Below, in pieces: positions 27,432 to 38,234 of a stretch of 49,229 nucleotides of DNA; positions within the stretch are counted from its first letter, which is position 1; every line of letters starts with the position of its first letter. The notes beneath the pieces are model-generated. The model saw only the letters and a program-made list of their open reading frames with translations. It searched no databases and had not been told where the DNA came from. The position numbers and the translations under genes were made by a program. Location: assembly GCA_902797825.1 (NCBI GenBank), contig CADBUN010000208.1, positions 1 through 49,229 of the forward strand, given 5' to 3'. Origin of the DNA: an uncultured Ruminococcus sp. (lineage in GTDB: Bacteria > Bacillota > Clostridia > Oscillospirales > Acutalibacteraceae).

Positions 27432-28640
27432 TTATGCCAAATATTTGTGACGATGAACTATTTTCCAAAGCACAGCAAACAATGCTCCTTTTTCATTCTT
27501 TACAATGATATAATCGTTTTTCAGCGCAACGGATTTTTTCATCCTGGCTTGCTGTTTCAGAAAACGATGAACTGTCTTTTGATAGGAACGCTTCTTCAAA
27601 ATACGATAAAAACGATCTTTCCGAAAGCTTTCGGAAACCGATTTCAGCGCCATCGGATTTGACGCGACCGCTTCTTCATAGCTTACTTCCTTACAGGTAA
27701 GCTTATCCGATATTTCGGAGAATAAATCCATTCCCTTTTCGGTATTGCAAAACACGATGGAAGTTCCTTTATTATCATCCATCTCGGGCATTACCTTTTC
27801 AACGCCCCAAAAGTCACCTAAAGTTAAATCGGAAGCTCGGTTTTCGCCTTTGAAAGCACAACGATAACATGATGGTCGCAGGCATATTTTGCTGAAATAG
27901 ATTTTCATATAATCATCGTCATCATGACTGATTAAGTGACTCTTTTGTCTGTCTATGTAATTAATATCATAGTTTCGCCAACCTTTGGTTTTATTGCGGA
28001 ATTCAACATTGGTTAATGTAATTCCCATGCTGTTTTTAATATACTGTTTATGAGACTCCCAAAGCAAGGGGGAAGGTACTCCGTGACAAATGATATCCTG
28101 AGTATATAAATGATCATAGTCCTTTTTCAAATATCCCTTCAGCCCGGCGATCTGGCAGGGAGTTCCCGTAAACAAAACCGGTCGTTCCTTCGCTAAATAC
28201 TGCTTCACCGACAAATAAACGTCATGGCTCCTGCTCTGCACATATTTTGACATCTGCAATTTAGGCAAATCGCGGATCTCTGTGATACAAGTATGCTCAA
28301 CGATTAAATTCGGATTAAATGCAGCGCCGAACACAACCCCGTGATTCCTCAAGATATGCTCTGCCAGCAGATAGAAAACCCCTCCGGAAGAGCTTGTTCT
28401 TCGGATGGAACTATCATTTGCATAGGCAGAAAACGTTTTTTCGGCATTGACCTTTCCGGGATAGTTTATGACAGGACAAGCCTTTTCACATAAATGGCAG
28501 GAAACACATCTTGCCTGATCTATGACCGGATACAGAAACCCGTCATCATCAGGCAAAAGGTCGATGCAGCTTTTGCCGCAAACACCGGCACAAGCGCCGC
28601 ACCCCGTGCAGTCGGTTTTATCAAGTATATCAATCATCAT
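27432..28640 (-). CDS. 4Fe-4S / coenzyme F420 hydrogenase beta-subunit-like oxidoreductase
   Basis: CTGCGAC...C, CVSCHLCEKACP, SSSGG, SKYVQS, GTPCQ, CHGVPS, RPSCYRC, GDFWG. Confidence 0.88.
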   Translation of the reverse strand: MMIDILDKTDCTGCGACAGVCGKSCIDLLPDDDGFLYPVIDQARCVSCHLCEKACPVINYPGKVNAEKTFSAYANDSSIRRTSSSGGVFYLLAEHILRNHGVVFGAAFNPNLIVEHTCITEIRDLPKLQMSKYVQSRSHDVYLSVKQYLAKERPVLFTGTPCQIAGLKGYLKKDYDHLYTQDIICHGVPSPLLWESHKQYIKNSMGITLTNVEFRNKTKGWRNYDINYIDRQKSHLISHDDDDYMKIYFSKICLRPSCYRCAFKGENRASDLTLGDFWGVEKVMPEMDDNKGTSIVFCNTEKGMDLFSEISDKLTCKEVSYEEAVASNPMALKSVSESFRKDRFYRILKKRSYQKTVHRFLKQQARMKKSVALKNDYIIVKNEKGALFAVLWKIVHRHKYLA

Positions 28641-28677
28641 ATTCCTCGAATAACAGCTTTATCTCCTGATGGTCAAA

Positions 28678-29775
28678 TCAGGGCTCAGCTAAGGCGTTTT
28701 CCAAAAATTTGATCCCGAATTCTCTTTCTTTTTTCATCTCGGCATCCACTTCCTTCCAATTGATAGGCTGATCAATATCGCCGAGCTTTGCGGTCTTTGT
28801 AATGCTCCTTGCTTGTAGGCGATAGGTCTTCAGGCAATTCTCAATCCGTTGATCGCTCGGAAAAACCATGAATTGTTTTTCATAGATTATTGACATCGCA
28901 AGACCGTGGAAGGAATTGTTGATGACGTATTTTGCATTCGCCAGTAAATCAATAAAATGCTGCGGCGATGAGGTGTTAAACGTCTTGTTGTTGACAGTGA
29001 CCTGCTCCGCAGCCCTGTGGATGACGACAGCAGGCAGCCCCTTTTCCTTTGAAAGCTGATCAATATAGTCCAAAACGATGGGTTCATCCCACATCAAATA
29101 AGCAAAGATATATTCGTTATCCGATCTTTCAACGCTTAATTGCCGCTTCCAAAAGCTTTTGTCACAAAGCAACGTCGGATCACATACCGTTACAACATCG
29201 TTCAAACCCATTTTTTTCAATTCTTTTTCTAACTCATGTTCTCTGACGGATATGTGACGGATCCGCTTGATACTGTTGATTCTTTCCTTGCAGCTGACGC
29301 TGTCTCCGGATGCCGCATATGCAATCTTTTTATGGGCAAAATTCGGAATATCCAAATAATAAACCGCCTGATCTCCCACGATGGAGGTTCTCCACACCTG
29401 ATCGCTTCCGCAAATCAGCGCATCAAACTGCTGAAAAATCTCGTCATCTTCATTGATTACCGGATCGGACAATTGCAACTTGTTTTCACGATAAGAATCA
29501 TATTCTTTAAGCATCCTCCTGTATTTGTCATTTCTTTTGCAACGATTAATCTCTTTACACTCAGACAGACCGGATCTAAGGTGACCTTTTAACAGAAGCT
29601 TTACTACATAAGACATGGAATAGTTTCTTCGATAAACAGCATTGAGCTTAGGGTTTTGATAATCAATCACGACAACATCATGTCCCAAATCTTTCAGGGC
29701 TTCCTGTAACGCATATGCTTGCAGAGTTGAGCCATAATTAATTGCATTTTGAATCGTAATGACGCCAACCTTCAT
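28678..29775 (-). CDS. Polysaccharide pyruvyl transferase family protein
   Basis: NYGSTLQAYAL, GSDQVW, YAAS, SVRE, DPTLL, NSFHG. Confidence 0.9.
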   Translation of the reverse strand: MKVGVITIQNAINYGSTLQAYALQEALKDLGHDVVVIDYQNPKLNAVYRRNYSMSYVVKLLLKGHLRSGLSECKEINRCKRNDKYRRMLKEYDSYRENKLQLSDPVINEDDEIFQQFDALICGSDQVWRTSIVGDQAVYYLDIPNFAHKKIAYAASGDSVSCKERINSIKRIRHISVREHELEKELKKMGLNDVVTVCDPTLLCDKSFWKRQLSVERSDNEYIFAYLMWDEPIVLDYIDQLSKEKGLPAVVIHRAAEQVTVNNKTFNTSSPQHFIDLLANAKYVINNSFHGLAMSIIYEKQFMVFPSDQRIENCLKTYRLQARSITKTAKLGDIDQPINWKEVDAEMKKEREFGIKFLENALAEP

Positions 29776-29792
29776 GAATCTCTCCCTAATAC

Positions 29793-30812
29793 TTATTTTA
29801 TCATAGCTATCCCGGTTTTTATCAAACCGGCGCGGATCATCCTAAATGCTAACTGATATCTTCCGGATTGTTGTATCTGCGCAAGCTGATCACTGTTCAA
29901 GCTACAAATCGAATCCATCACGCTTTTTACTTCATCATATCTGAGAAAAGCTCTTTTTTCTTTGGCGCTGATGTCATGATGGCTCAAAAACGTCACGATA
30001 AGGTTCGCGCATCTTCCCAAGTAGATGATGTGCTCTTCTGAGTCTTTCTGACAAAACTGATACTTCTCTCTCAGCCTTTGCTGAATCCGATAGCTGTTAA
30101 TAAATTCTTGTATCTTCGGTCTTCCGTATTTTGAGCGATCAAAAACTCCGCTGATTCGGTAGTAATATACTTTTTCTGAAACAGCGATAAAAGACGTAAT
30201 AGTTTCAAAATATCTCATACAAAAGAACCAGTCTTCTCCGTGAGACATTTGTTCATCAAATCTCAATCCATTTTTTAAAATATATTCTCTTGAGAATAAT
30301 TTGTTCCATAGATTGGATAATCCGACTTTATCGCCGGTATAGAATCTGAGGAAAATATGATGAATAATATATGATTGATCTAAAACCGTATCGGTCGGGA
30401 TGCGACATTCCTTGATGACGCTTTGTTTGGTATCGGGACGGTATTCATAATAATTTGCTACGACCAGCGGTAATGATTTTTCATCTGCCAGTTTTATCAT
30501 ATACTCCAGCGTTTTCCTGCAAACAGTATCATCGGCATCCATAAAAAACAGATATCTTCCGGTAGCTTTTGCGATGCCTGCATTTCGCGCTGAGGATACC
30601 CCGGCGTTATTCTGCCGGATAACGATAACACTCTCATTTGAGGCGGCATATTCTGAGAGTTTGGCTAAAGTTCCGTCCCTTGATCCGTCATCTACAACAA
30701 CGACCTCTATCCTGCTTGTCCAATCACCGTTTAATTCAATGCTGTTTAATGCCGCTGAAACGGTAGCTTCTGCATTATACGCAGGTATGATTATGGAGCA
30801 ATCCGGAACCAT
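29793..30812 (-). CDS. Glycosyltransferase family 2
   Basis: IIPAYN, VDDGS, GVSSARN, FMDADD, GED. Confidence 0.9.
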   Translation of the reverse strand: MVPDCSIIIPAYNAEATVSAALNSIELNGDWTSRIEVVVVDDGSRDGTLAKLSEYAASNESVIVIRQNNAGVSSARNAGIAKATGRYLFFMDADDTVCRKTLEYMIKLADEKSLPLVVANYYEYRPDTKQSVIKECRIPTDTVLDQSYIIHHIFLRFYTGDKVGLSNLWNKLFSREYILKNGLRFDEQMSHGEDWFFCMRYFETITSFIAVSEKVYYYRISGVFDRSKYGRPKIQEFINSYRIQQRLREKYQFCQKDSEEHIIYLGRCANLIVTFLSHHDISAKEKRAFLRYDEVKSVMDSICSLNSDQLAQIQQSGRYQLAFRMIRAGLIKTGIAMIK

Positions 30813-31879
30813 GCCTTCACCCTTTTTATCACCTCTCCGGGGAGCACCCTTACCACCGCTTTTTTTAGCGTTAATACGTGCCTATCCCTCTTCATACGAA
30901 ATATATAGTCATCATACAATCTGCTTGCCGAGCGATGACTCACCGCAGTCAGCAGCTTATCCGAGGATACTAAATCTTTATTCCTGTCAAGATACAGCGT
31001 CACCTTATCGTTACGACATATTGAATCAAGACATTGGATCTTTTCCTTTTTGGATAAAGAGTTATTCAGGATGATAGCCTCCGCCGTTAATGAGATCGCC
31101 TGAATTCGTCTTTCATCAACAGCCCTGAGCGTTACACGATTCAGCAAGCCCATCTCTTTCAGGCTGCGTTCTATTCTGTCATTAATCAGTATATACGAAT
31201 CATACATATTCTCACGAAACACATTCGTGAGGCTATTCTCCTGACATTTTATATAATTATAATACGAGTCCCCGATCACATAAACCGTTTCAATCTGTTT
31301 TAAGTATTCAAATACAAAAACCGTATCTTCACCCAGCGATATTTTTTCGTCAAACAGAATATGATGATCTGTCAGGATCGACTTCCTGTACATTTTAGAA
31401 TAGACATAGTTAAACCTGCCATACCGTAATAGATCGGCTGTTATCTCAATACTCTTATCAGATAAGGAATAACAAAAGTCATCATATCTTTTTTGGCTCG
31501 TCTTTTGCGTGATCCCTTCTCTGCAAAAAAACACGCCGCATATAGACAGCTGCGCTTTTTGGGCACCTTTATAAAGCACTTTCAAATATTCGGCTTCGAG
31601 ATAATCATCGCAGTCAACAAAACCGATATACTCTCCTGAAGCCGCTCTGATGCCGGTATTTCGCGCAGATGAAACACCGCCGTTTTTTTGATGAATGACC
31701 TTTATCCTGGGATCCTTTTGTGTATATTCATCACAGATTCTCCCGGAGGTATCCTGAGAACCGTCATCCACTAATATCAGTTCAAAATCCGTGAAGGTTT
31801 GTGCCAGTATAGAATCAATACATCGGTTAATCTTACTCTCGGCATTATACACGGGTACAATAACGCTTACTAAAGGCAA
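30791..31879 (-). CDS. Glycosyltransferase family 2
   Basis: IVPVYN, VDDGS, GVSSARN, FVDCDD, GED. Confidence 0.92.
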   Translation of the reverse strand: MPLVSVIVPVYNAESKINRCIDSILAQTFTDFELILVDDGSQDTSGRICDEYTQKDPRIKVIHQKNGGVSSARNTGIRAASGEYIGFVDCDDYLEAEYLKVLYKGAQKAQLSICGVFFCREGITQKTSQKRYDDFCYSLSDKSIEITADLLRYGRFNYVYSKMYRKSILTDHHILFDEKISLGEDTVFVFEYLKQIETVYVIGDSYYNYIKCQENSLTNVFRENMYDSYILINDRIERSLKEMGLLNRVTLRAVDERRIQAISLTAEAIILNNSLSKKEKIQCLDSICRNDKVTLYLDRNKDLVSSDKLLTAVSHRSASRLYDDYIFRMKRDRHVLTLKKAVVRVLPGEVIKRVKAWFRIAP

Positions 31880-31891
31880 TGCTCAGTCTCC

Positions 31892-33031
31892 TTAAAACAA
31901 ATCTGTAACCTGCTTCAATATGCTGTCTTCGTCAAAAAAGTCTTGTCTTTGAAAGACCTTTTCCTGATACTCTCTCAACTGTTCGGGATTATCCATCAAC
32001 TGCCGAAGACCATTATACAATCCTTCTTCGCTATTTTCAACTATCATCCCGTATTTTCCGTGATCAAGGATTTCGCCGGGGCCGGTACAATCCGTGCTGA
32101 GCACCGGAACGCCCAGTATCAAGGCTTCGGCTACCGTAAGGTTATATCCCTCAAAAAATGAGGCACAAACCAGTAAATCGGCTTCTTTTATATACGGATA
32201 TGGATTAAGCTGACTGCCGGTTATGGTAACAATGTTTTCCATCTTGTTTTTACGGACGATTTCTCTGAGCTCCCGTTCATCCTGACCGCCGCCGACAAAG
32301 CATAAGGAAATCTCTTTGCCTTCATTTTTCAGGCGATTCACTACGAACAAAAGGCGTTTCTGTCCTTTAGCAGTATCTACCAACCGACCGACCAAAACGA
32401 TGTGAAAACGAGCTTTTTTCACTTTGACAGAAGGAGCCTCTTCCGATTTCAAGCGGATCGCCTTGACAGGAAGCATATTGTAAATCGTTGTCACATTGCC
32501 GGTGTCGCCTATGACTTCCTTAAAGCTTTTCTGTGCCTGAACGGATACGCAAACCACACGATCCATATTTTGATAAGCGTCATAAACCTGTCGCATGGAT
32601 TTAAAACTGTTTTTGAATCCAAAAGCCTGTTTATAATCGTTGTGCACCCAAGCTAAATGAACGGCTCGCGTATTGGTGGAGCCACTAACGATTTTTACGG
32701 GTGTTCCTCTGAAAAACGCGATCTCAACGTCAAAAGCCTCATCGCCCACATAATACGTATACAGTTGTTTGGCAGAGGCTCTTCTCTCCCACATTCCGTC
32801 ATCATACAGCTTTCTCCGGATATAAGGAAGGCTGTTTCCCAAATGAGATTTGGGAGGTCTGTACTTGACGTGTACACGCTCATCCAATTCATCTTTCAAG
32901 TCATCCTCCGGGCTCAAGGTCATGATAGTGACATCATAATCGTTCTGAACCAGTTTATTCGCCAGTGTGACCTGAACTTTCTCGAGACCTCCTACCGTCA
33001 ACGAGGGAAGGATGAACAAAATCTTTTTCAT
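31892..33031 (-). CDS. Glycosyltransferase family 4
   Basis: GGLEKV, NPYPY, EGYNLTVAEA. Confidence 0.9.
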   Translation of the reverse strand: MKKILFILPSLTVGGLEKVQVTLANKLVQNDYDVTIMTLSPEDDLKDELDERVHVKYRPPKSHLGNSLPYIRRKLYDDGMWERRASAKQLYTYYVGDEAFDVEIAFFRGTPVKIVSGSTNTRAVHLAWVHNDYKQAFGFKNSFKSMRQVYDAYQNMDRVVCVSVQAQKSFKEVIGDTGNVTTIYNMLPVKAIRLKSEEAPSVKVKKARFHIVLVGRLVDTAKGQKRLLFVVNRLKNEGKEISLCFVGGGQDERELREIVRKNKMENIVTITGSQLNPYPYIKEADLLVCASFFEGYNLTVAEALILGVPVLSTDCTGPGEILDHGKYGMIVENSEEGLYNGLRQLMDNPEQLREYQEKVFQRQDFFDEDSILKQVTDLF

Positions 33032-33034
33032 GTT

Positions 33035-34039
33035 TTAATATGTCCTCATTGCCAAAATAGTTAATAACAAATTCAAACGGTTTTTTATGGCTTGTTCCAT
33101 TTTTCTGAGTTGGTGTATTTGACCGTATCGCTGATAAAAGCAATGTACATAGGGATTGTTGTTGATCGTTTTAATGTGTTGATACACATCCGAAAAGGAA
33201 ACGTCCTCACCCTTAGGTAAATAGTCTGTCTGAGCCAGTATCACAATCTCCGTAAACCAATTCCCCAAAATACGCTCACTTTCCTCGGTTTTTAATTTCC
33301 ATTTTTCAAGCAAGCTGATCGCGGTTTGATGAAACACAATCGCGCATTTGATAAAATCCTTCGGTATCTTCTTCTTTTGAAAATCGGAAGGATGCATGGT
33401 AAAGTGATAAAAATACCGATCGACAGCCGCAAAGCCGGAAACGCAGTCATAATAGCGCATTGTAAATACGCCGTCCTGCATTCTTCTCAAATCAGGAAAC
33501 CGGATGCTGTGATCTCGGATAATCGAGAGTCTGTATATTTTATCGCTTGATCCATACATGGGGTATGATTTCATCAGCTCAGCCCATTTTTCACGGCACT
33601 CCTTTTGCGTTTTTAATATGCAGGGTTTGATCTCTCCCCTTTGTTCTTTGCAAACCCTCTCCTGATCATCATACACGGTATTGATCGAACCAAAAACCAA
33701 CAAGTCCAAGTGGTTTTCGTCCATGGTTTTGACGCAATAATCATAGGCTTCCCGATCGATCCAGTCATCCGAATCGGGAAATACAACATATTCACCACGT
33801 GCTGAGTCCAAGCCCGCATTTCTGGCGGAGCCGGCGCCGCCGTTCTCTTTATGTATGGCTTTAATGCGGGGATCCTTTGCTGCATATTCATCACATATAC
33901 TGCCGCTGTCATCGGTGGAGCCGTCGTCGATTAACAGCAATTCCCAGTCGCTGAATGTCTGAGCGATCACCGAATCAACGCTTCTCTTGATAAACCTTGC
34001 CGTATTATATACAGGCATCACAATACTCAGCCTACACAT
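33035..34039 (-). CDS. Glycosyltransferase family 2
   Basis: VMPVYN, IDDGS, SARN, FPDSDD. Confidence 0.9.
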   Translation of the reverse strand: MCRLSIVMPVYNTARFIKRSVDSVIAQTFSDWELLLIDDGSTDDSGSICDEYAAKDPRIKAIHKENGGAGSARNAGLDSARGEYVVFPDSDDWIDREAYDYCVKTMDENHLDLLVFGSINTVYDDQERVCKEQRGEIKPCILKTQKECREKWAELMKSYPMYGSSDKIYRLSIIRDHSIRFPDLRRMQDGVFTMRYYDCVSGFAAVDRYFYHFTMHPSDFQKKKIPKDFIKCAIVFHQTAISLLEKWKLKTEESERILGNWFTEIVILAQTDYLPKGEDVSFSDVYQHIKTINNNPYVHCFYQRYGQIHQLRKMEQAIKNRLNLLLTILAMRTY

Positions 34040-34043
34040 AAAC

Positions 34044-35090
34044 TCACCTCATCTTGATATATGTAAACAAATTCCAAAGGCAAAGCAAAAGCACTCTGTT
34101 TTGATAAAACAGCTTGAGCGCAATTAAACTCGATTTACTGTAATCGGCAAAGGACGATAACGCAGATGCCTTTTGTCTTTGTGTTTGATGCTGCCCGGGG
34201 AAAATCTCTTTTTTACGAAAGGTTTTCATCATATATCGAAAGCGGTCGTTTAGCTTCAGTGTACATGACGGATGGAAGGTGCTTTCGTATGTCCATAAAA
34301 AATACATCCCATAAAGCTCTGTCAAATAATCGGTATCGACACAGTTATTGTCCTGCATGAATGTATATAATCTGATAATTCTGTCATAGTATCTGTCAAA
34401 TTTAGCGGCTTTAAAAAGCTGTGTTACGCTCTCCTTGGTACGGCGATAGTATTGATAAAACACATCGGAGGTAACCTTGATATGAGAGATATGATCGGCT
34501 AAGTCAAGAATAAACATCCCGTCCTCGCCGCCGATATCAAATTCCCGTTTAAATTCGATCGCATGATCCAATATCAGTGAGCTTCTGATGATTTTGTCTG
34601 TAATAAAGTTAAAATAGCCCTTACGATAATACTCCGAAAACCGGGAGAGCATCTGTGCCTTCGTCGCGATAATCTCCTCCGGGTAAACAACGTCGTTTTG
34701 AAAAGCTGTTTCACCGTCTATTTCTGTATACATATGAAATCCAAATAAAACGAGATCCCATGCGGCATTTTCGGTATTCTCAACACAACGTTCGATCGCA
34801 TTCAAATCCAAGGCGTCATCGCTGTCAAGGAACATAAGATAATCGCCGGTAACCTCCTTGAGCGCTTCGTTGCGCGCCGAAGAAACTCCGCCGTTTTCCT
34901 TGTGTATAACCTTTATTCGTTCATCCTGTTTTTTGTAAATATCACATATCGCTCCGGAGCTGTCTGTTGAGCCGTCGTCCACCAGGATCAGCTCGAGATA
35001 ATCATATGTTTGATGAACCAAAGAGTCTAAGCATCTTTTCAGATATCGCTCAACGTTATACACAGGAACTATGACAGATACCTTTATCAT
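34044..35090 (-). CDS. Glycosyltransferase family 2
   Basis: IVPVYNVE, VDDGS, FLDSDD, GED; start moved to ATG 35090 (GGAGG RBS). Confidence 0.9.
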   Translation of the reverse strand: MIKVSVIVPVYNVERYLKRCLDSLVHQTYDYLELILVDDGSTDSSGAICDIYKKQDERIKVIHKENGGVSSARNEALKEVTGDYLMFLDSDDALDLNAIERCVENTENAAWDLVLFGFHMYTEIDGETAFQNDVVYPEEIIATKAQMLSRFSEYYRKGYFNFITDKIIRSSLILDHAIEFKREFDIGGEDGMFILDLADHISHIKVTSDVFYQYYRRTKESVTQLFKAAKFDRYYDRIIRLYTFMQDNNCVDTDYLTELYGMYFLWTYESTFHPSCTLKLNDRFRYMMKTFRKKEIFPGQHQTQRQKASALSSFADYSKSSLIALKLFYQNRVLLLCLWNLFTYIKMR

Positions 35091-35094
35091 AAAG

Positions 35095-36237
35095 CTATGC
35101 TTCCTCCAATATCGCTTCCAGCCGATCCATAATCGCATCTTCGTTCAGATAATCTTTTCTTTGCTCAGCCATATTACAATAGTGCTGATAAAGCTCGGGA
35201 TTCGTAAGGATCTCTTTCATGCCCTTATATAAGCCATCCTCGCTGTTTTCAACGATCATGCCGTATTTTCCGCCGTCCAACATTTCATCGGCACCGGAAA
35301 CATCGGTGGTCAGAATGGGCTTTCCCAAGATAACCGCTTCCATCATCACCATACTGAATCCTTCAAAATGAGATGAACAGAGATACATATCCGAATTTGA
35401 AATATAGGGATACGGATTCGCTTGTTTGCCGAAAAAAACAATATTGTCAAGCTGCAACTCTGACGAACGGTTTTTTATCATATCATAGTCTATACCGTCT
35501 CCGACCAGCCAAAGGGAAAACCTCAAGCCTTCATCTAACAGCCTTCTGCATACATCAAAGAGTCGTAAAAATCCTTTTGAATAATCATCAAAGCGCGCTA
35601 CTAAGGAAAACGTAAATTCTTGTTTTTTTATGTCTAACGGTTGCTCGGAAAGCTCTCGAATCTTTTTTGTGTCATTTGGATTATTGACAATATAAACTCT
35701 ATCATGACGATGGAATACTTCTTCGACCTTTTCCCGGGAACGTTTTGAAACACAAATAATCTTTTTAATAGAATGATAAACCGATTCAGCCTTTTTATAA
35801 TTGCCGAGAGGCTTTACATCTTTCTCGACATTCACGCTATGAACCCAGCCGATGGCGTTACGGTTGTTTGATCCGCTGATGATTTTGATACTCTCACTGC
35901 CGAAAAAAGCGATTTCAACATCAAAGCTTTCGGTAATATACTTTCGATATAAAAACTCAGGAGAATGAAAAATAATCCACAGGTTCCACGGAAGGATCCT
36001 GAAATTTCGCTTCAAGATTGCTGAGGGAGATGAGTGCCACAAATTCTTGACCGGCATATAGTTTTTTTGGTACCGAACTGATGCGTCAAAATGACTGATG
36101 ATCGCAGGATCGTCATAGGTGAAATTATAAACCGTAACCCCATACCCTCGTCTTGAGAAAAGATTGGCATAATTCACCAAAACTCTTTCCATCCCTCCCA
36201 TTCCGAGAGAAGGAACCAAAAATACAACCTTTTTCAT
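35095..36237 (-). CDS. Glycosyltransferase family 4
   Basis: GGMERV, NPYPY, EGFSMVMMEA. Confidence 0.9.
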   Translation of the reverse strand: MKKVVFLVPSLGMGGMERVLVNYANLFSRRGYGVTVYNFTYDDPAIISHFDASVRYQKNYMPVKNLWHSSPSAILKRNFRILPWNLWIIFHSPEFLYRKYITESFDVEIAFFGSESIKIISGSNNRNAIGWVHSVNVEKDVKPLGNYKKAESVYHSIKKIICVSKRSREKVEEVFHRHDRVYIVNNPNDTKKIRELSEQPLDIKKQEFTFSLVARFDDYSKGFLRLFDVCRRLLDEGLRFSLWLVGDGIDYDMIKNRSSELQLDNIVFFGKQANPYPYISNSDMYLCSSHFEGFSMVMMEAVILGKPILTTDVSGADEMLDGGKYGMIVENSEDGLYKGMKEILTNPELYQHYCNMAEQRKDYLNEDAIMDRLEAILEEA

Positions 36238-37380
36238 TTACTGATCTCTGCTGCAGGGCCCGGATGTATACCCGGTCTCTGTCCCTTTCTGTAAACAATC
36301 TATCAAGTGAAGCAAGCGATCTGTTGCCGATTCGGCGTTCCAGACGTCTTTCATGGTTTCATACGCGTGCTTCTGCACGGTTTCTCTCATTGTTTTATTG
36401 TCAATGAGCTTTTTTACATGACGATATAAGGAATTCTTCCCCCGCTTATCATAAATAAATCCGTTTACACCGTCCTCAATTAAATACGGAACCGAGCCGA
36501 TTTCACGGCAGGCGACAACTGCGCAGGCAGAATTCATAGACTCATTCAATACAGCGCCCCAGCCTTCTTGCTTATCGGAAGTAAACAGATAAATTTCTGC
36601 TTGTTCCATGTGCTCTCTGACTCTTTCGGGCGGCATGGCACCGAGCATATGAACCCGGTTTTGCAGATTTTTGGAAATAATCAGGTTCTTTAACGGCTGT
36701 TCCATATCACCCGTTCCGATGATATTCATTTCAAAATCAACGTTGTTATTCTTCAGTCTTTCAGCCAGATAAACGGCTTCTTCGGGATGCTTCCAGTCGA
36801 TCAGTCGCCCTGCCCAAAGGATAGTGTTTTTCTTTTTATTTGCAATTACTGTTTCAATGCTATCATATATCTTGATCTCAGGGAAATAGCCCCACTTATA
36901 AGTCTTGTTAGGATAAGAAAAGATAAACCGGCAATCGGAAACCATATACGCGCTGGCGCAAAGCATATAAAACTCTTTTTTTCTCTGCAAAAAATCCTGC
37001 TTAAAGTGAATCTTGATAATCTTCGGATGAAATCGCCATCTGAACTTCTTGAAAAACCTTTCACTATAGCGAAACGTCAGCTTGTTATCCTTTAAACGCT
37101 TCTCGATAAACGTATCCGGTGCAGCGCCGAGTATTACTACATCACTCTCATAGCCGAGCCGCATCGCCTCTTGATAAGCCTGTTCATCTTGATAGGCGTT
37201 TACCGCATACGGCGCATCCTCGAGATTTTTATAGCCCATATCCAGCCGCTCCTGAGGAACCGGTTCGGTTGCGACGAAGCGAAAGCCGTCGCCGATACGT
37301 TTGACCATCGCTTCACAAAAGGGCGTTTGGTGATGTAATAAAAAGTTAGAGAAAAAGGTAATGGTTATATTATCCTTCAT
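36238..37380 (-). CDS. Glycosyltransferase family 4
   Basis: AGRLIDWK, EGWGAVLNESM. Confidence 0.9.
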   Translation of the reverse strand: MKDNITITFFSNFLLHHQTPFCEAMVKRIGDGFRFVATEPVPQERLDMGYKNLEDAPYAVNAYQDEQAYQEAMRLGYESDVVILGAAPDTFIEKRLKDNKLTFRYSERFFKKFRWRFHPKIIKIHFKQDFLQRKKEFYMLCASAYMVSDCRFIFSYPNKTYKWGYFPEIKIYDSIETVIANKKKNTILWAGRLIDWKHPEEAVYLAERLKNNNVDFEMNIIGTGDMEQPLKNLIISKNLQNRVHMLGAMPPERVREHMEQAEIYLFTSDKQEGWGAVLNESMNSACAVVACREIGSVPYLIEDGVNGFIYDKRGKNSLYRHVKKLIDNKTMRETVQKHAYETMKDVWNAESATDRLLHLIDCLQKGTETGYTSGPCSRDQ

Positions 37381-38224
37381 ATGCTTGTTTAACAGCCTTC
37401 TTAAAATCTGTTATTCGATATTTGCCTTCAAAAACGTTCGTCAGTTCTTTCGCGTAACATACCGCTCCGTAATAATCAATAATACGACTATTATTTTTGA
37501 GGAACAGTTCAATCAACTTGCCGAGGAATCGGCTTTTCTTTTTATCCGGGTATATGGCGGAGCAAAAGTCAACAGCGCTGATCTGACCATCATCGGGACA
37601 GATCATACCGGCGTATTGTTCCTGTATTGTCAAGCGGATCAGCTCGCACAGGTTCTGTACACAAATCGCGCTTTTATAGTGATTTTCAAAGGCTCGCGGA
37701 ATCACAGGCAGCTTTTCTGCGAGATATTGATACTGGTCGATATACTCGGTCTTGCCTTTGCCGTAGATACTCGGTACGCGAATGACCGCGATCCGAAAGT
37801 CATCGGATTCGAGTGCCTTTAATGCTTTCTCGGCTTGTAATTTGCTTTTCCCGTAATCGGAATCCGGAGCAGGGATTGTTTCAGCGGTAACGGTACCTTT
37901 CTTGATATCCATAGATTGCGCGATTCCGTAAACCGCCATGGAACTGATGTAGATAAACTGACTGACGCCATCATGCCTGCATTTTTCGGCAAGCTCTTTC
38001 GTCAGCTCGGTATTGATCTTGTCATAGTCTTCTGTTGTTTTCGCGTTTTGCGGCGTCACACCTGCGATATGAACAACCGCGTCAAATGAGGAGAAGTTCT
38101 CACTCTTCCATGCGTCGCCACGCAAGCTGATCTGCTCAACAGAATCTTTGCTGTTGTTTTTTAAATACTCGGCAACAGCAACAGATAAACTGCCGCGCTT
38201 ACCGGTAACGAATACTTTCTTCAT
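37370..38224 (-). CDS. NAD-dependent epimerase/reductase (SDR, CapN-like)
   Basis: VTGKRGS, SSMAVYG, YGKSK. Confidence 0.8.
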   Translation of the reverse strand: MKKVFVTGKRGSLSVAVAEYLKNNSKDSVEQISLRGDAWKSENFSSFDAVVHIAGVTPQNAKTTEDYDKINTELTKELAEKCRHDGVSQFIYISSMAVYGIAQSMDIKKGTVTAETIPAPDSDYGKSKLQAEKALKALESDDFRIAVIRVPSIYGKGKTEYIDQYQYLAEKLPVIPRAFENHYKSAICVQNLCELIRLTIQEQYAGMICPDDGQISAVDFCSAIYPDKKKSRFLGKLIELFLKNNSRIIDYYGAVCYAKELTNVFEGKYRITDFKKAVKQAYEG

Positions 38225-38234
38225 AAAACACCGC

